From assembly GCA_903885445.1 (NCBI GenBank), contig CAISIO010000006.1, positions 15,309-79,308 on the forward strand: a stretch of 64,000 bases of DNA, given 5' to 3'. Position 1 is the stretch's first letter; the number at the start of each line of letters is the position of its first letter. A model generated the notes under the pieces. The model had not been told where the DNA came from. It did no database searches and saw only the letters and a program-made list of their open reading frames with translations. Source of the stretch: Candidatus Staskawiczbacteria bacterium. Lineage in GTDB: Bacteria; Patescibacteriota; Minisyncoccia; Minisyncoccales; Staskawiczbacteraceae. Made by a program: the position numbers and the translations under genes. Of this stretch, positions 1-9,232 are shown piece after piece.

Positions 1-100
1 CTTCTAAAAATTTCAACTGGTTGAATAAAACAAATTTTACCGTGACATCCACGCTGGCAATATAGCAAATTTTAATTTTTTTACCGCTTTTTACTTTCAT
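1..100 (-). CDS. Glycosyltransferase (GT4-like), N-terminal fragment; gene runs off the window start
   Basis: Not in the ORF track. A minus-strand ATG at 100..98 sits 1 nt after the flippase stop. It reads MKVKSGKKIKICYIASVDVTVKFVLFNQLKFLE, an N-terminus typical of GT-B/GT4 enzymes. Only 33 codons are visible. Confidence 0.4.
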   Translation of the reverse strand, partial: MKVKSGKKIKICYIASVDVTVKFVLFNQLKFLE

Positions 101-101
101 T

Positions 102-1571
102 TTAAATTGGCTCTTTAATTGTCTTGGCTCGACTTTTAAAAAATGCAAAGAAAAATTCTTTTTCCCTCTGCCCGAAGCTTTTCATAATCAGCATAAAAAA
201 CATATACAGCACAGCTCCCCCCGCCACCGCAAATATGGTTTGTAGCGCGCCCCTTACAGAAAAGAAGGAAATAATTGCTGACATAAGCGCAGAAGCGATT
301 ATTGTTTTAACCGCGAATTTCCAGTCAATTGGAAATGAAAAAATGCGCGATGCGTAAATTGCGGTTGCCACAAGAGCCACCGTGTATGCTATTACTGTTA
401 CGGACGCCGCTCCGATAATTCCAAAATTGGGGATAAGCGCAAAATTAAGAATAAGCGCAATCGCCGCCGAAGTCGTCCATATCGCACCGTCTATCATTGT
501 TTTTTTAAAGAGAAGAAACACCTGCGAGAAAACTCCGTATATCCCGTAGAAAATAATGCTTAATACAACAAACGGAACTATGGGCGAAGCGTGAAGGGCA
601 ATTTCGGGCGTTGAAAAAACAGTAAGTATTTGTTTTGATAAAACTGTTAATCCAAATCCGGCCGGAACCGTAACAAAAAAAATATATTTCATTGAATAAG
701 AAAGATAACGTTTTACCTCATGCATATTTTGCTCTGCAAAAAACTTTGAAACAGCCGGTTGCAGAATCAACATGACGGGCATAATAAATAAGCCTATAAT
801 TAGCCCGACCGTGTAGGCCGGCGCGTAATAGCCCACAAATAATACACCCCAAAAAATAGCGATAAAATAACGGTCGCTGACCTCGACAATCCAATATGAG
901 ATATTTGACACAACAGTCGGAAGTCCGAATTTTAAATATTTCTTTATGCCAGAAAAACGAGGAATTATGAAACCGATTTTCCTTATAAGTAAAACAAACG
1001 CTAACGCGAGCATTGCCGACCTTATTAAAGCCAGCGCCAGCACTGCTCCAAAAAGTTTTTGTCCCATCACAAGCGCAATCGCCACGAATAGGACGTCTCC
1101 TCCGGCAAGGCTGAAACTTAGCAGGGCATACTTTCCAATTGCTCCGAATGCGCGGAATATCTCAACGATAAATGAATTAAGCGATTCCAGCACAATAAGG
1201 AATGCAAGAATTGCAATTAAATGAACGGGCGTTTGTAATAACGCCGAGAAAAACCCTGAGAAAAATAAAACCGGTAAAACAATTACGAGAACCGCTCCAA
1301 AGATGATGGCTAAAGCAGACCATACCTGCTCTTTTACCTCCTGCGGAGTTTTTGCATCAGGAAGAAAACGCACCAAAGCATAGGGAAGCCCCAGCATTGC
1401 TATTGGAGCCACAAAACTTATTGTTACCAGAATCTGCGTCCAAATTCCATAACTTTCCGCTCCAAGCGTTTTACTAAGCAACATAAGCAACACCACGCCT
1501 TTCGCGCGAGATAGCGCAAGCACTAAACCCAGCATGCCTATATCTTTAACAAATTTCCTGTGATGCTCCAT
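102..1571 (-). CDS. Polysaccharide/oligosaccharide flippase, Wzx (MOP/PST) family
   Basis: 489 aa and almost entirely hydrophobic helices (about 12-14 TM). It has the Wzx-type pattern and is a clear paralog of 13081..14541 (shared LGA..YGIW.Q, RFLP and GLPTVV.NISY blocks). Confidence 0.8.
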   Translation of the reverse strand: MEHHRKFVKDIGMLGLVLALSRAKGVVLLMLLSKTLGAESYGIWTQILVTISFVAPIAMLGLPYALVRFLPDAKTPQEVKEQVWSALAIIFGAVLVIVLPVLFFSGFFSALLQTPVHLIAILAFLIVLESLNSFIVEIFRAFGAIGKYALLSFSLAGGDVLFVAIALVMGQKLFGAVLALALIRSAMLALAFVLLIRKIGFIIPRFSGIKKYLKFGLPTVVSNISYWIVEVSDRYFIAIFWGVLFVGYYAPAYTVGLIIGLFIMPVMLILQPAVSKFFAEQNMHEVKRYLSYSMKYIFFVTVPAGFGLTVLSKQILTVFSTPEIALHASPIVPFVVLSIIFYGIYGVFSQVFLLFKKTMIDGAIWTTSAAIALILNFALIPNFGIIGAASVTVIAYTVALVATAIYASRIFSFPIDWKFAVKTIIASALMSAIISFFSVRGALQTIFAVAGGAVLYMFFMLIMKSFGQREKEFFFAFFKSRAKTIKEPI

Positions 1572-1574
1572 GAT

Positions 1575-2660
1575 TTAGCGTATATTTTCCAACTCATCCT
1601 TGATATCTTTAACATTTGAAATAAATTTTATATTGTTTTTTCTAAAAGCCTCATAAACATTCTCATCATAATAATCAAATAAAGGCGCGACTGAAATAAT
1701 AGGAACTTTAGGAAAAATCCAACGCGCGGTAAGCAAGGCTGTTGAGTGGCCGCCGATAATTATTTTTGGCGGTTGCGGAGCAAATATATATATCAACTCC
1801 ATAGGGATGGCTTTCGGTAAAACTAAAACTTTTTTACCCTGTTCTCGATTTAAAAAGTTGCTTGGGAGCTCTCTAGGATGGTATTTTACGGCAAGCTGCA
1901 AATTTTTGCTATCAACATATGACAAAATCTTATCTGTGATTTTTTTAAACTTCGGGTAATCTTCTTTCTTTTCGGAATATAAACCGATTAAAAGCACATC
2001 AATTTCCCTCATGTCCTGGCAATTAAAACCGAGAGAAATAAAATAATCTCCAAAAGCCGCGTCATTTTTCACCTGCAACAAATTTTCTTTATTAACAGCA
2101 ATAATTTTTTTTGTTTTCAATTCTTTCACAACCAATTCGGGAAACAAAACCTGGCAAACATCGATAACGGAAGAAGTGCCCGAAACAATCTTATCATTCC
2201 ACCATGTGCCAAAAAAAGCTTTGCAAAAAATTCTTACCAAAAAATTACTTTTAGGCATGAATTCAGAACGATAGGCCTCCGTCCCGTCCTCTAAATATAT
2301 CCCCTTACAATTTGGATTTTTATTTTTTGCATAATGCAAGGAGGCTTGAGCCTCTATACGGGAAACATTGCCCACAAATACGTTTTCAATATTGTGGCCT
2401 AAAATAAATTTATTCAAGAAAATTGCATTTCTTTTTCTTATAAGAATTTTTTCGATAAAATTTCTACTGTTATAAACTCCGGGCAAACAAATGACCTCCG
2501 AGAAAGCTTTTAAACTCGAATTTTTAAATGCTTTTGAAATGGCTTTGGCTTCAGGAAATTCAGCGACAATAAACAATACATTATCGCCTCGCTTTTCAGA
2601 AAGCGCGGCACTGTAGGCCAAAAGGCTATGATAGGGAGTAAATGCAAAGAATATATTCAT
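1575..2660 (-). CDS. Sialyltransferase-like (GT52-type) nonulosonic-acid transferase candidate
   Basis: 361 aa. It carries both bacterial sialyltransferase signature motifs in the expected order: D/E-D/E-G (YLEDGTEAY) and HP (KYHPRE). GGHSTALLT lies near the C-terminus, as in Lst-like enzymes. It is the only such protein in a cluster that makes a CMP-nonulosonate. Confidence 0.55.
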   Translation of the reverse strand: MNIFFAFTPYHSLLAYSAALSEKRGDNVLFIVAEFPEAKAISKAFKNSSLKAFSEVICLPGVYNSRNFIEKILIRKRNAIFLNKFILGHNIENVFVGNVSRIEAQASLHYAKNKNPNCKGIYLEDGTEAYRSEFMPKSNFLVRIFCKAFFGTWWNDKIVSGTSSVIDVCQVLFPELVVKELKTKKIIAVNKENLLQVKNDAAFGDYFISLGFNCQDMREIDVLLIGLYSEKKEDYPKFKKITDKILSYVDSKNLQLAVKYHPRELPSNFLNREQGKKVLVLPKAIPMELIYIFAPQPPKIIIGGHSTALLTARWIFPKVPIISVAPLFDYYDENVYEAFRKNNIKFISNVKDIKDELENIR

Positions 2661-3580
2661 TTTTTATTGTTGAAAAACCATTTCTGAGTAGCTTCCAAAC
2701 CTTTTTCTACATTATATTCCGGCTCCCAGCCCAATTCCGATCTAGCCTTAGAAAAATCAAGGCAGCTCCTTTTTTGTTCGCCGGCTTTCTGAGACATATG
2801 CACTTCCTTGAATTTTGAACCTGAAAGCTCCGTAAGTTCCGCAAACACGCGGTTTATATCTGTTTCTTTGGCTGTGCCGATATTAAAGATGCCTGTTTTA
2901 TTTTTTTCTAATGCCAAAATATTAGCTCTAACAACATCTTCCACAAAAACAAAATCCCTAGTCTGCTTACCGTCGCCATTTATAATAGGCTGTACACCAG
3001 CCAGCAATTTATCGCAAAATATTGCCACCACACCTGCTTCCCCTCTTGAATTCTGGCGCGGGCCGTAAACATTGGCAAACCTCAAAACCAAATAATCTAA
3101 ATTGTATTCTTTTTTATAAAAACCTAAATAATGTTCGACAATTAACTTTTCGATGCCGTAGGGAGACACGGGCCTCTCGGGATAATCCTCAGGAGTAGGG
3201 ACAATATCTGACTCGCCATAGATCGCTCCGCCGGTTGAAGCAAAGACTATTTTTTTAACTCTAAAATTTTTACAGTTTTCTAAAATATTTAATGCTCCTA
3301 AAATATTTGTCTTTGCACTTTCAATCGGGTTTTCCACTGATTTTCTTACGTCGATTTGCGCAGCATAGTGGAAAACAATATCCGGTTTTTCCTTAAAAAA
3401 AATCTCTGAGACCTTGGCGTCCTGAATGTCTATGTTATAAAAAACTGCCGCCGGATTTATATTTTCTTTTTTGCCGGTTGAGAGGTTATCAATAATCGCA
3501 ACCTCATTGCCCCTTCCTACTAATTTATCAACCAGGTGGCTGGCTATAAATCCTGCGCCGCCGGTTACTAAACATTTCAT
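2657..3580 (-). CDS. NAD-dependent sugar epimerase/dehydratase (GalE-like extended SDR)
   Basis: 307 aa with the TGGAGFIASHL Rossmann motif and the SPYGIEK catalytic YxxxK. There is a 4-nt ATGA overlap with the downstream gene. Confidence 0.85.
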   Translation of the reverse strand: MKCLVTGGAGFIASHLVDKLVGRGNEVAIIDNLSTGKKENINPAAVFYNIDIQDAKVSEIFFKEKPDIVFHYAAQIDVRKSVENPIESAKTNILGALNILENCKNFRVKKIVFASTGGAIYGESDIVPTPEDYPERPVSPYGIEKLIVEHYLGFYKKEYNLDYLVLRFANVYGPRQNSRGEAGVVAIFCDKLLAGVQPIINGDGKQTRDFVFVEDVVRANILALEKNKTGIFNIGTAKETDINRVFAELTELSGSKFKEVHMSQKAGEQKRSCLDFSKARSELGWEPEYNVEKGLEATQKWFFNNKK

Positions 3581-3599
3581 ATATTTATTGATTCAGTTT

Positions 3600-5537
3600 T
3601 TATAATTTTTTACACTCCCAATATACATAACTTAATTTATCATTTTCGAAAAATTCCTGCGTCTTAAATATTTCATAGTCATTCGTAATAAGATTAAGGA
3701 CATCCTCCTTATTCTCAATGCGTCTGCCCGTATCTTTAATCGAAGGATAGACCGGCATTGCTACTCCCGGTACGCCTAAAATCAAAATGCCCCCCTTCTT
3801 CAATATTCTTTTTATTTGCGAAAAAGCCTTTGCCATCCTCTCTTCTTTTATTTGTTCATAAACCCCATTAAAAATAACCATGTCAAATTCTTCGTCGGCA
3901 AATTTTGATTTTGTTATGTCGTCAACAACGTCCGGTTTCAGATTTTCGTCCACATCAGAAACGATGTAGCGAGATTTCTTAAAAAATTTTCTGTAGTCCC
4001 ACTCTGGTTTTCCCACATCAAGAACCTTGCCTCCCTCGGGCAAAAACCTCTCTTCCAGATGCGGATACTCCTCATCATTCAAAAAACTTCTTATCTGGCC
4101 GGGCCCGACTATTTTTTTTATGAAAAAAGGAACCCTGATATTATTTAATTTTTCAAATCCAAACGGAAATATGCACAAAAGCGCCAAAAATGCCGGAATC
4201 CTGATCCTGGCCAGTATTCCGTAATTATTCAAAAAAACCGCCAAAACTCCAAATGCCATAAAGCTGAAAATAACAAGCGGCAGGAACGTAAAATTCTTTC
4301 TTCTTACGAAAATTATGATGCCCTTTATAATGAAGAACAATAGAACATACCATATAAAGACCTCCGGCAGCGCCAAAGCCTGCCTCAAACTGTTTATTTG
4401 CCACGGGAAGGGGCCCAAAAAAGCAAAAACGTAAGAGAGCGAAGTATTTTCTATAAAAGTCAGAGGATTTTCCAGCCCTGTTTTAAGCATAAAAGAAGAA
4501 TTCTTATATCCTTCCGCCAGACTGAATCGCTCTTGTTCTGCTTGGGAATATTTTGAGTATTTTGGATCAACGACCTGCACGCCCTCATGTTCGACAACAG
4601 GATATGCAACTTCTTTATAGAAAGTGATGGCATTCGGATTCATAAAAGTCTGGAAGGCATTCATTCCCATATATCCGCCGCCGCCCGGAACATCCGCGTT
4701 GTTGCCCAATATCGGCAGGAAACCAAAAAGAAAAACCATTATCGCTGCATAAACAATCCTTTTTTTAATTTTCATATTGGCCAGAACCAGCCAACTCAAG
4801 AAAAATGCCAGCACAAGAGCATAGCCGATATAAAAACGAAGATAAACAAGAGCTATTAAAACAATATAAAAACCGACAAAGTATTTTACAGAAAAACCTT
4901 TAATTATTTTAAAAGAGAGCAACAGTCCTAACATAGAAAGCGTTATCACAAATGGGTCCTTTATCAGCATTGTCCCAAAAAAACCGAGACTTGGATACAA
5001 GGCGGCCAACAAGCCCGACCCAAAACTCTGCTTTTCATTGCCTCCCATTTCGCGCACCAACAAATATAGGAAAACAACCGTCAGGGCAACAAGCCAACAA
5101 TTGAAAAACCGCCCCACCAAAGAACTGGGAAATATAAAGGCGTACAAATATCCCACGAAAGCAGGATAAAGATTATAAAAAGTAACTCCTTTCAAAATTA
5201 AATTTCCGTTATGAATTGCCTGGGAAACTGCTTGGGCCTGCTCGTTATAAACCACGTAATCGCCGTAGCCGCCGGAAAAAGGCTGGAATTTTGTGTAATA
5301 AAAGAAAAGAGACGCCAAAATATATAGGAAAAAAACAACAATAAATAATAAACTTAAAGATTTTTTTTGTTTTTCATCTTTCCAGAGGCTGATAAAATAT
5401 ATGGTTGTTGTTGCAAGAAACGTAATAAGCATTGTTCCCGCGCCCAACGCTTTGTCTATACTAAAAAGCACCGCCAGCAAGATTGCTCCCAATATAATGA
5501 ACTTCTGGTACTTCGAAAAAAAATCTAAAATTTTCAT
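3600..5537 (-). CDS. Fusion protein: polytopic membrane domain (GT-C/polymerase-like) + C-terminal class I methyltransferase-like domain
   Basis: 645 aa. The first ~470 aa contain at least 10 hydrophobic helices. The last ~150 aa are soluble with an MTase-like pattern (GKVLDVG..., DMVIFNGVYEQI, LKKGGILILGVPG). Confidence 0.5.
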   Translation of the reverse strand: MKILDFFSKYQKFIILGAILLAVLFSIDKALGAGTMLITFLATTTIYFISLWKDEKQKKSLSLLFIVVFFLYILASLFFYYTKFQPFSGGYGDYVVYNEQAQAVSQAIHNGNLILKGVTFYNLYPAFVGYLYAFIFPSSLVGRFFNCWLVALTVVFLYLLVREMGGNEKQSFGSGLLAALYPSLGFFGTMLIKDPFVITLSMLGLLLSFKIIKGFSVKYFVGFYIVLIALVYLRFYIGYALVLAFFLSWLVLANMKIKKRIVYAAIMVFLFGFLPILGNNADVPGGGGYMGMNAFQTFMNPNAITFYKEVAYPVVEHEGVQVVDPKYSKYSQAEQERFSLAEGYKNSSFMLKTGLENPLTFIENTSLSYVFAFLGPFPWQINSLRQALALPEVFIWYVLLFFIIKGIIIFVRRKNFTFLPLVIFSFMAFGVLAVFLNNYGILARIRIPAFLALLCIFPFGFEKLNNIRVPFFIKKIVGPGQIRSFLNDEEYPHLEERFLPEGGKVLDVGKPEWDYRKFFKKSRYIVSDVDENLKPDVVDDITKSKFADEEFDMVIFNGVYEQIKEERMAKAFSQIKRILKKGGILILGVPGVAMPVYPSIKDTGRRIENKEDVLNLITNDYEIFKTQEFFENDKLSYVYWECKKL

Positions 5538-5559
5538 AGGTTGGGCTAATTTTTATAAA

Positions 5560-6363
5560 TTACTTTTTTGCTATAGCAATTAAATGGTTGGCAAACGGCT
5601 GCAGCATTTTTGTATCGCTCAAAAATGGATCGGCCGGCTCAAGTATTCTCGCAAAAAAGCTGCCGATATTTTTATTAATCCTATACAGTATCAGTAGGGG
5701 CGCGAACATTATTCCGTGCGCCTGGACTTGTGAGAATCCGCATGAAAGCAGTTTGCTTTTTATTTTTCCCGGAGTTTCAAATTCACTGTGGAACCTCAAT
5801 GGTTTTTTAAAAAAATATTCATTTAATTTCCTCAAAAAGTTAAGCACGGGAAAACCGTTAAGAGCATACTTATTTATAAATGTTCCGAAAAATATTCCGC
5901 CCGGCTTTAGGACTCTTAAAATTTCTTCAAACCCCGACAGATTATCCTGCCCGTTTAAATAACGGAAAACTTCTATGGCAGAAACAAAATCAAAAAAGTT
6001 ATCTTCAAAAGGCAACTTAAGCGCGTTCCCCCTTACAATCGTGCCATTTGGTAGTTTGCCTTGGGCATACTTTAGCATATTTTCCGACGGCTCGACACCG
6101 GCTACATTAAAGCCGGCATCGAAAAGTTTTTTTAAATCGTCTCCCGTACCGCACCCTACATCCAAAATTTTGGCTCCTTTGGGCAGTTTGGCGATTTCCT
6201 TATAAAAAATCTTTTCAATTTGTTTTCTACCGTAAGTAAAATCTGAAGAAAAATAATCTTTTTCTTCATCTTTATGCTGGCCGGCAAACCAATCTGCGGT
6301 TTCGTCATGAATTGAAACGGCGGTATTCCTAGCCCAAATTTTTTTATCTTTATTTTCAGTCAT
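5560..6363 (-). CDS. Class I SAM-dependent methyltransferase
   Basis: 267 aa with the SAM-binding motif ILDVGCGTGDD and a downstream LKPGGIFF block. Confidence 0.85.
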   Translation of the reverse strand: MTENKDKKIWARNTAVSIHDETADWFAGQHKDEEKDYFSSDFTYGRKQIEKIFYKEIAKLPKGAKILDVGCGTGDDLKKLFDAGFNVAGVEPSENMLKYAQGKLPNGTIVRGNALKLPFEDNFFDFVSAIEVFRYLNGQDNLSGFEEILRVLKPGGIFFGTFINKYALNGFPVLNFLRKLNEYFFKKPLRFHSEFETPGKIKSKLLSCGFSQVQAHGIMFAPLLILYRINKNIGSFFARILEPADPFLSDTKMLQPFANHLIAIAKK

Positions 6364-7246
6364 TGGCTGTTACTTTATTTGTTAATTCTCCCATATTTAA
6401 GCTTTCCATGCCATATTTTAAGGACAATTCAGAAAAATAGCTTAATATTTCCCTTAAAAATTGTACATTTTTTTTAAACTCTCTGCCCGCTCCCAAATTA
6501 TACGGGTGCCACCAAAGATGGTAAACCAAATTATTCTTTGCGGCATATTTCATATCAGAAAGGATTCTGCGCAATTTTAACGGCTCAAAAAATGCCAAAA
6601 ATCTATCATACGGCCTAAAAAATCTGCTCGCAGGAATGTTTAAAATACCGGCACTCGGTTTTTTCAAATCAAACGCATTATGCCCGCTTATATTTATATA
6701 AGAATCAGCCAGCCGGCCCAGCCTGCAGAACAATGGTTCTTTCCCGCCTTTTCTGGCTTCGTACATCCAACTTTGCGGATTTCCGCGGAAAGCAGTAATG
6801 CCTTCTTTTTGGCAAATCTGCAAATACTCTTCATTTACCTGGTTATGCGGGAAAACAATGCTTTTTATTTTTATGCCGTTTCTCCGGGCGATACCAACGG
6901 CATTTTTTAGATCGGAGGCAAAATCATCTTTATCTTGACCATCAGCAAGGCAACAGTAATGCGTAAAAGTGTGCGTGCCGATTTCCTGGTTAGGACAAGA
7001 CAAGATTGATTTTATTGAAGTCATCGCATAGCGCAGCGGATCTTCCTTCCCGTTTCCAGAAAAAAGTAACCCAACAGTTGCCCAGGTTGCGTGGATTTTG
7101 TGTTTTTTAAATAATTCAAGCATTGTGGGAATTCCTTTTTGCACTTCCCAAAGCATCTTTTGTTGAAAAGAGGGCGACAAAGGTTTTTCCTCCATTCCCC
7201 AGGCGAGCTCAAAATCCAATGAAATTGTAAAAACGCCTCTTTCCAT
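6356..7246 (-). CDS. Polysaccharide deacetylase-like (CE4-type) protein
   Basis: 296 aa with an FTISLDFELAWG N-terminus and an HTFTH His cluster, typical of this fold. It is embedded in the glycan operon with an 8-nt overlap. Confidence 0.55.
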   Translation of the reverse strand: MERGVFTISLDFELAWGMEEKPLSPSFQQKMLWEVQKGIPTMLELFKKHKIHATWATVGLLFSGNGKEDPLRYAMTSIKSILSCPNQEIGTHTFTHYCCLADGQDKDDFASDLKNAVGIARRNGIKIKSIVFPHNQVNEEYLQICQKEGITAFRGNPQSWMYEARKGGKEPLFCRLGRLADSYINISGHNAFDLKKPSAGILNIPASRFFRPYDRFLAFFEPLKLRRILSDMKYAAKNNLVYHLWWHPYNLGAGREFKKNVQFLREILSYFSELSLKYGMESLNMGELTNKVTAND

Positions 7247-8238
7247 CAGCCAATTATTTTTTTAATTATATCTAACCAATCTTTCTTAAATTTGTCCATT
7301 GTGAAATTTCTTGCGAACTCCCGGCCCCTCCTTCCCATCTTTTCTCTCTGTTGCCCATTGTCCAGCAAATAGTTTACTTTTTCTTTCAGCATTTTAAAAT
7401 CAGCACAAACGACCTGTCCGCCTCCCTCCAGCAATTCTCTCATGCCTGCGATGCCCGAGCCGACAACCGGCGTTGATAGCAGCATTGCTTCATGTGCAGT
7501 CATACACCACCCCTCTTTCATTGTAGACATAGTAACCGCAACAGAAGAAGCTTTGAGCAAAATCAGATAATCTCTGTAGCCAGAATTAAAATTCAAAGCA
7601 GGGATTTTAACCATTGGCCTGCCGGATGTAACCAAATACACATCCAAGTCCTTAAGCGCCTCGTATGCTTGCACGACTCCTTTTGCTTTTTGACAATTCC
7701 CAATATAAACTATGGGTTTATCCTGCAAATTATGCTTCTTTTTAAAATCTGCAATCTCACTATCTGATATGTTAAAATCCTCCAAATTAAAACCGCAATA
7801 GATTTTATAGACGTTCTTATAGTCCTTCCTGATAAAAAAATCCTGCCAATAGCTGGAAATCGTTACGATAGCGTCAACTTTTTTTAATTGGCGGTAGAAA
7901 AAAAGTTTTTCTATCAGCGATAAGAACAGCCCCGGTACAAAAGAAAAGGCCCAAAAATCAATGTGGAAAATCAGAGCGATATTTTTCCCTGGAGTTCTTT
8001 TTTTAGAGAGTGCGACAGTTGAATAAAAATCCCTGATCCACAAGTCGCGCCGCTCATTCAACTTGAAAGAATATAAAAAAGATTCAAATATCTTAAGATA
8101 CCTTATTTTTGTTTTTTGGGCTTCCAGATCGACTAAATCTACATCAAATTCCGCAGACAGCGCGTCCTTAACCTGGTGGCTATACAGCACGCCACCATAC
8201 TTTTTTGAAGAAATTTGCGTTATTCCTATTTTCTTCAT
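7246..8238 (-). CDS. Glycosyltransferase family 4 (GT-B)
   Basis: The C-terminal EGWCMTAHEAMLLSTPVV block matches the E-x7-E region. I trimmed the start to ATG 8238 (MKKIGIT), which forms an ATGA overlap with the upstream stop at 8235. The track start at 8253 would overlap by 19 nt. Confidence 0.75.
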   Translation of the reverse strand: MKKIGITQISSKKYGGVLYSHQVKDALSAEFDVDLVDLEAQKTKIRYLKIFESFLYSFKLNERRDLWIRDFYSTVALSKKRTPGKNIALIFHIDFWAFSFVPGLFLSLIEKLFFYRQLKKVDAIVTISSYWQDFFIRKDYKNVYKIYCGFNLEDFNISDSEIADFKKKHNLQDKPIVYIGNCQKAKGVVQAYEALKDLDVYLVTSGRPMVKIPALNFNSGYRDYLILLKASSVAVTMSTMKEGWCMTAHEAMLLSTPVVGSGIAGMRELLEGGGQVVCADFKMLKEKVNYLLDNGQQREKMGRRGREFARNFTMDKFKKDWLDIIKKIIG

Positions 8239-9200
8239 ACTCTCTCCCGCCAATAATTTAAAGTATCTTCCAATGTCTTTTCAAACGGAATTTCCGGATT
8301 CCAGCCGGTCGCCTTGTTAAACTCCGAATAATCTCCTTTTAAAATTTGCACATCCGACGGCCTCATTCTTTCCGGGTCCTTTTCAACTTTTATATTTTTT
8401 ACAGTGCTAAGGCTCAAAAGAAACTCTAGAACCTTTTCTATTACCCATGTTTTACCCGAACAAATATTATATGGTTTTCCATATTCGCATTTTTCAGTTG
8501 CCAGCCAATACGCCCTTATCATATCCCTAACATCTGTATAATCCCTTTGCGCCTGAAGATTTCCTACTTTCACTATCGGTTCCTGTTTGCCTTTTTCAAT
8601 TTGGGCTATTTGTTTTGCAAAGGTTGATGTGACAAACTGCTCGCCTCTGCCCGGGCCTTCATGGTTAAACGCTCTGGTCAATACAACCTTAAGGCCATAA
8701 CTTTTATAGTATTGATAACCGAGCATTTCCTGCCCGATTTTTGAAACCGCGTACGGAGAAAGAGGCCTTAACGGATTTGTTTCTTTAATTGGAACTTCGT
8801 CTTCCGAAACCAGGCCATATTCCTCTGAAGATCCTGCAATTTGTATAATTGGATTTATGCCTAAATTTCTACAGGACTCAAAGATGTTCAACTCAGACAT
8901 TATATTATTGAAAATTGTATCTTCAGGCCCGTCCCAGGAAACCCTCACAAAGCTTTGCGCCGCTAAATGGAAAATCTTATCCGGTTTAACTTCCTGCAAG
9001 ACCCTTTCTACTGCTATCCTATTTGTCAGGTTGCACTCAAAAATTTTTATTTTATCTTTAACGCCCTCAATCCTTTTCATTTCGTCTCCCAAATGATGGG
9101 ACAAAATTGTTCCGTAAACCTCAGCCCCCGGCATCGATAAACAATATTCTGCCAAATACGAGCCTACGAAACCGCTGATTCCCGTAATTAATATTTTCAT
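8235..9200 (-). CDS. GDP-mannose 4,6-dehydratase / GDP-6-deoxy-sugar reductase-like extended SDR
   Basis: 321 aa with the ITGISGFVGSYL Rossmann motif and SPYAVSK (YxxxK). The overall layout matches the Gmd/Rmd family. Confidence 0.75.
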   Translation of the reverse strand: MKILITGISGFVGSYLAEYCLSMPGAEVYGTILSHHLGDEMKRIEGVKDKIKIFECNLTNRIAVERVLQEVKPDKIFHLAAQSFVRVSWDGPEDTIFNNIMSELNIFESCRNLGINPIIQIAGSSEEYGLVSEDEVPIKETNPLRPLSPYAVSKIGQEMLGYQYYKSYGLKVVLTRAFNHEGPGRGEQFVTSTFAKQIAQIEKGKQEPIVKVGNLQAQRDYTDVRDMIRAYWLATEKCEYGKPYNICSGKTWVIEKVLEFLLSLSTVKNIKVEKDPERMRPSDVQILKGDYSEFNKATGWNPEIPFEKTLEDTLNYWRERV

Positions 9201-9232
9201 ATTTTATTTTATTTAATGATATTTACTATAAC

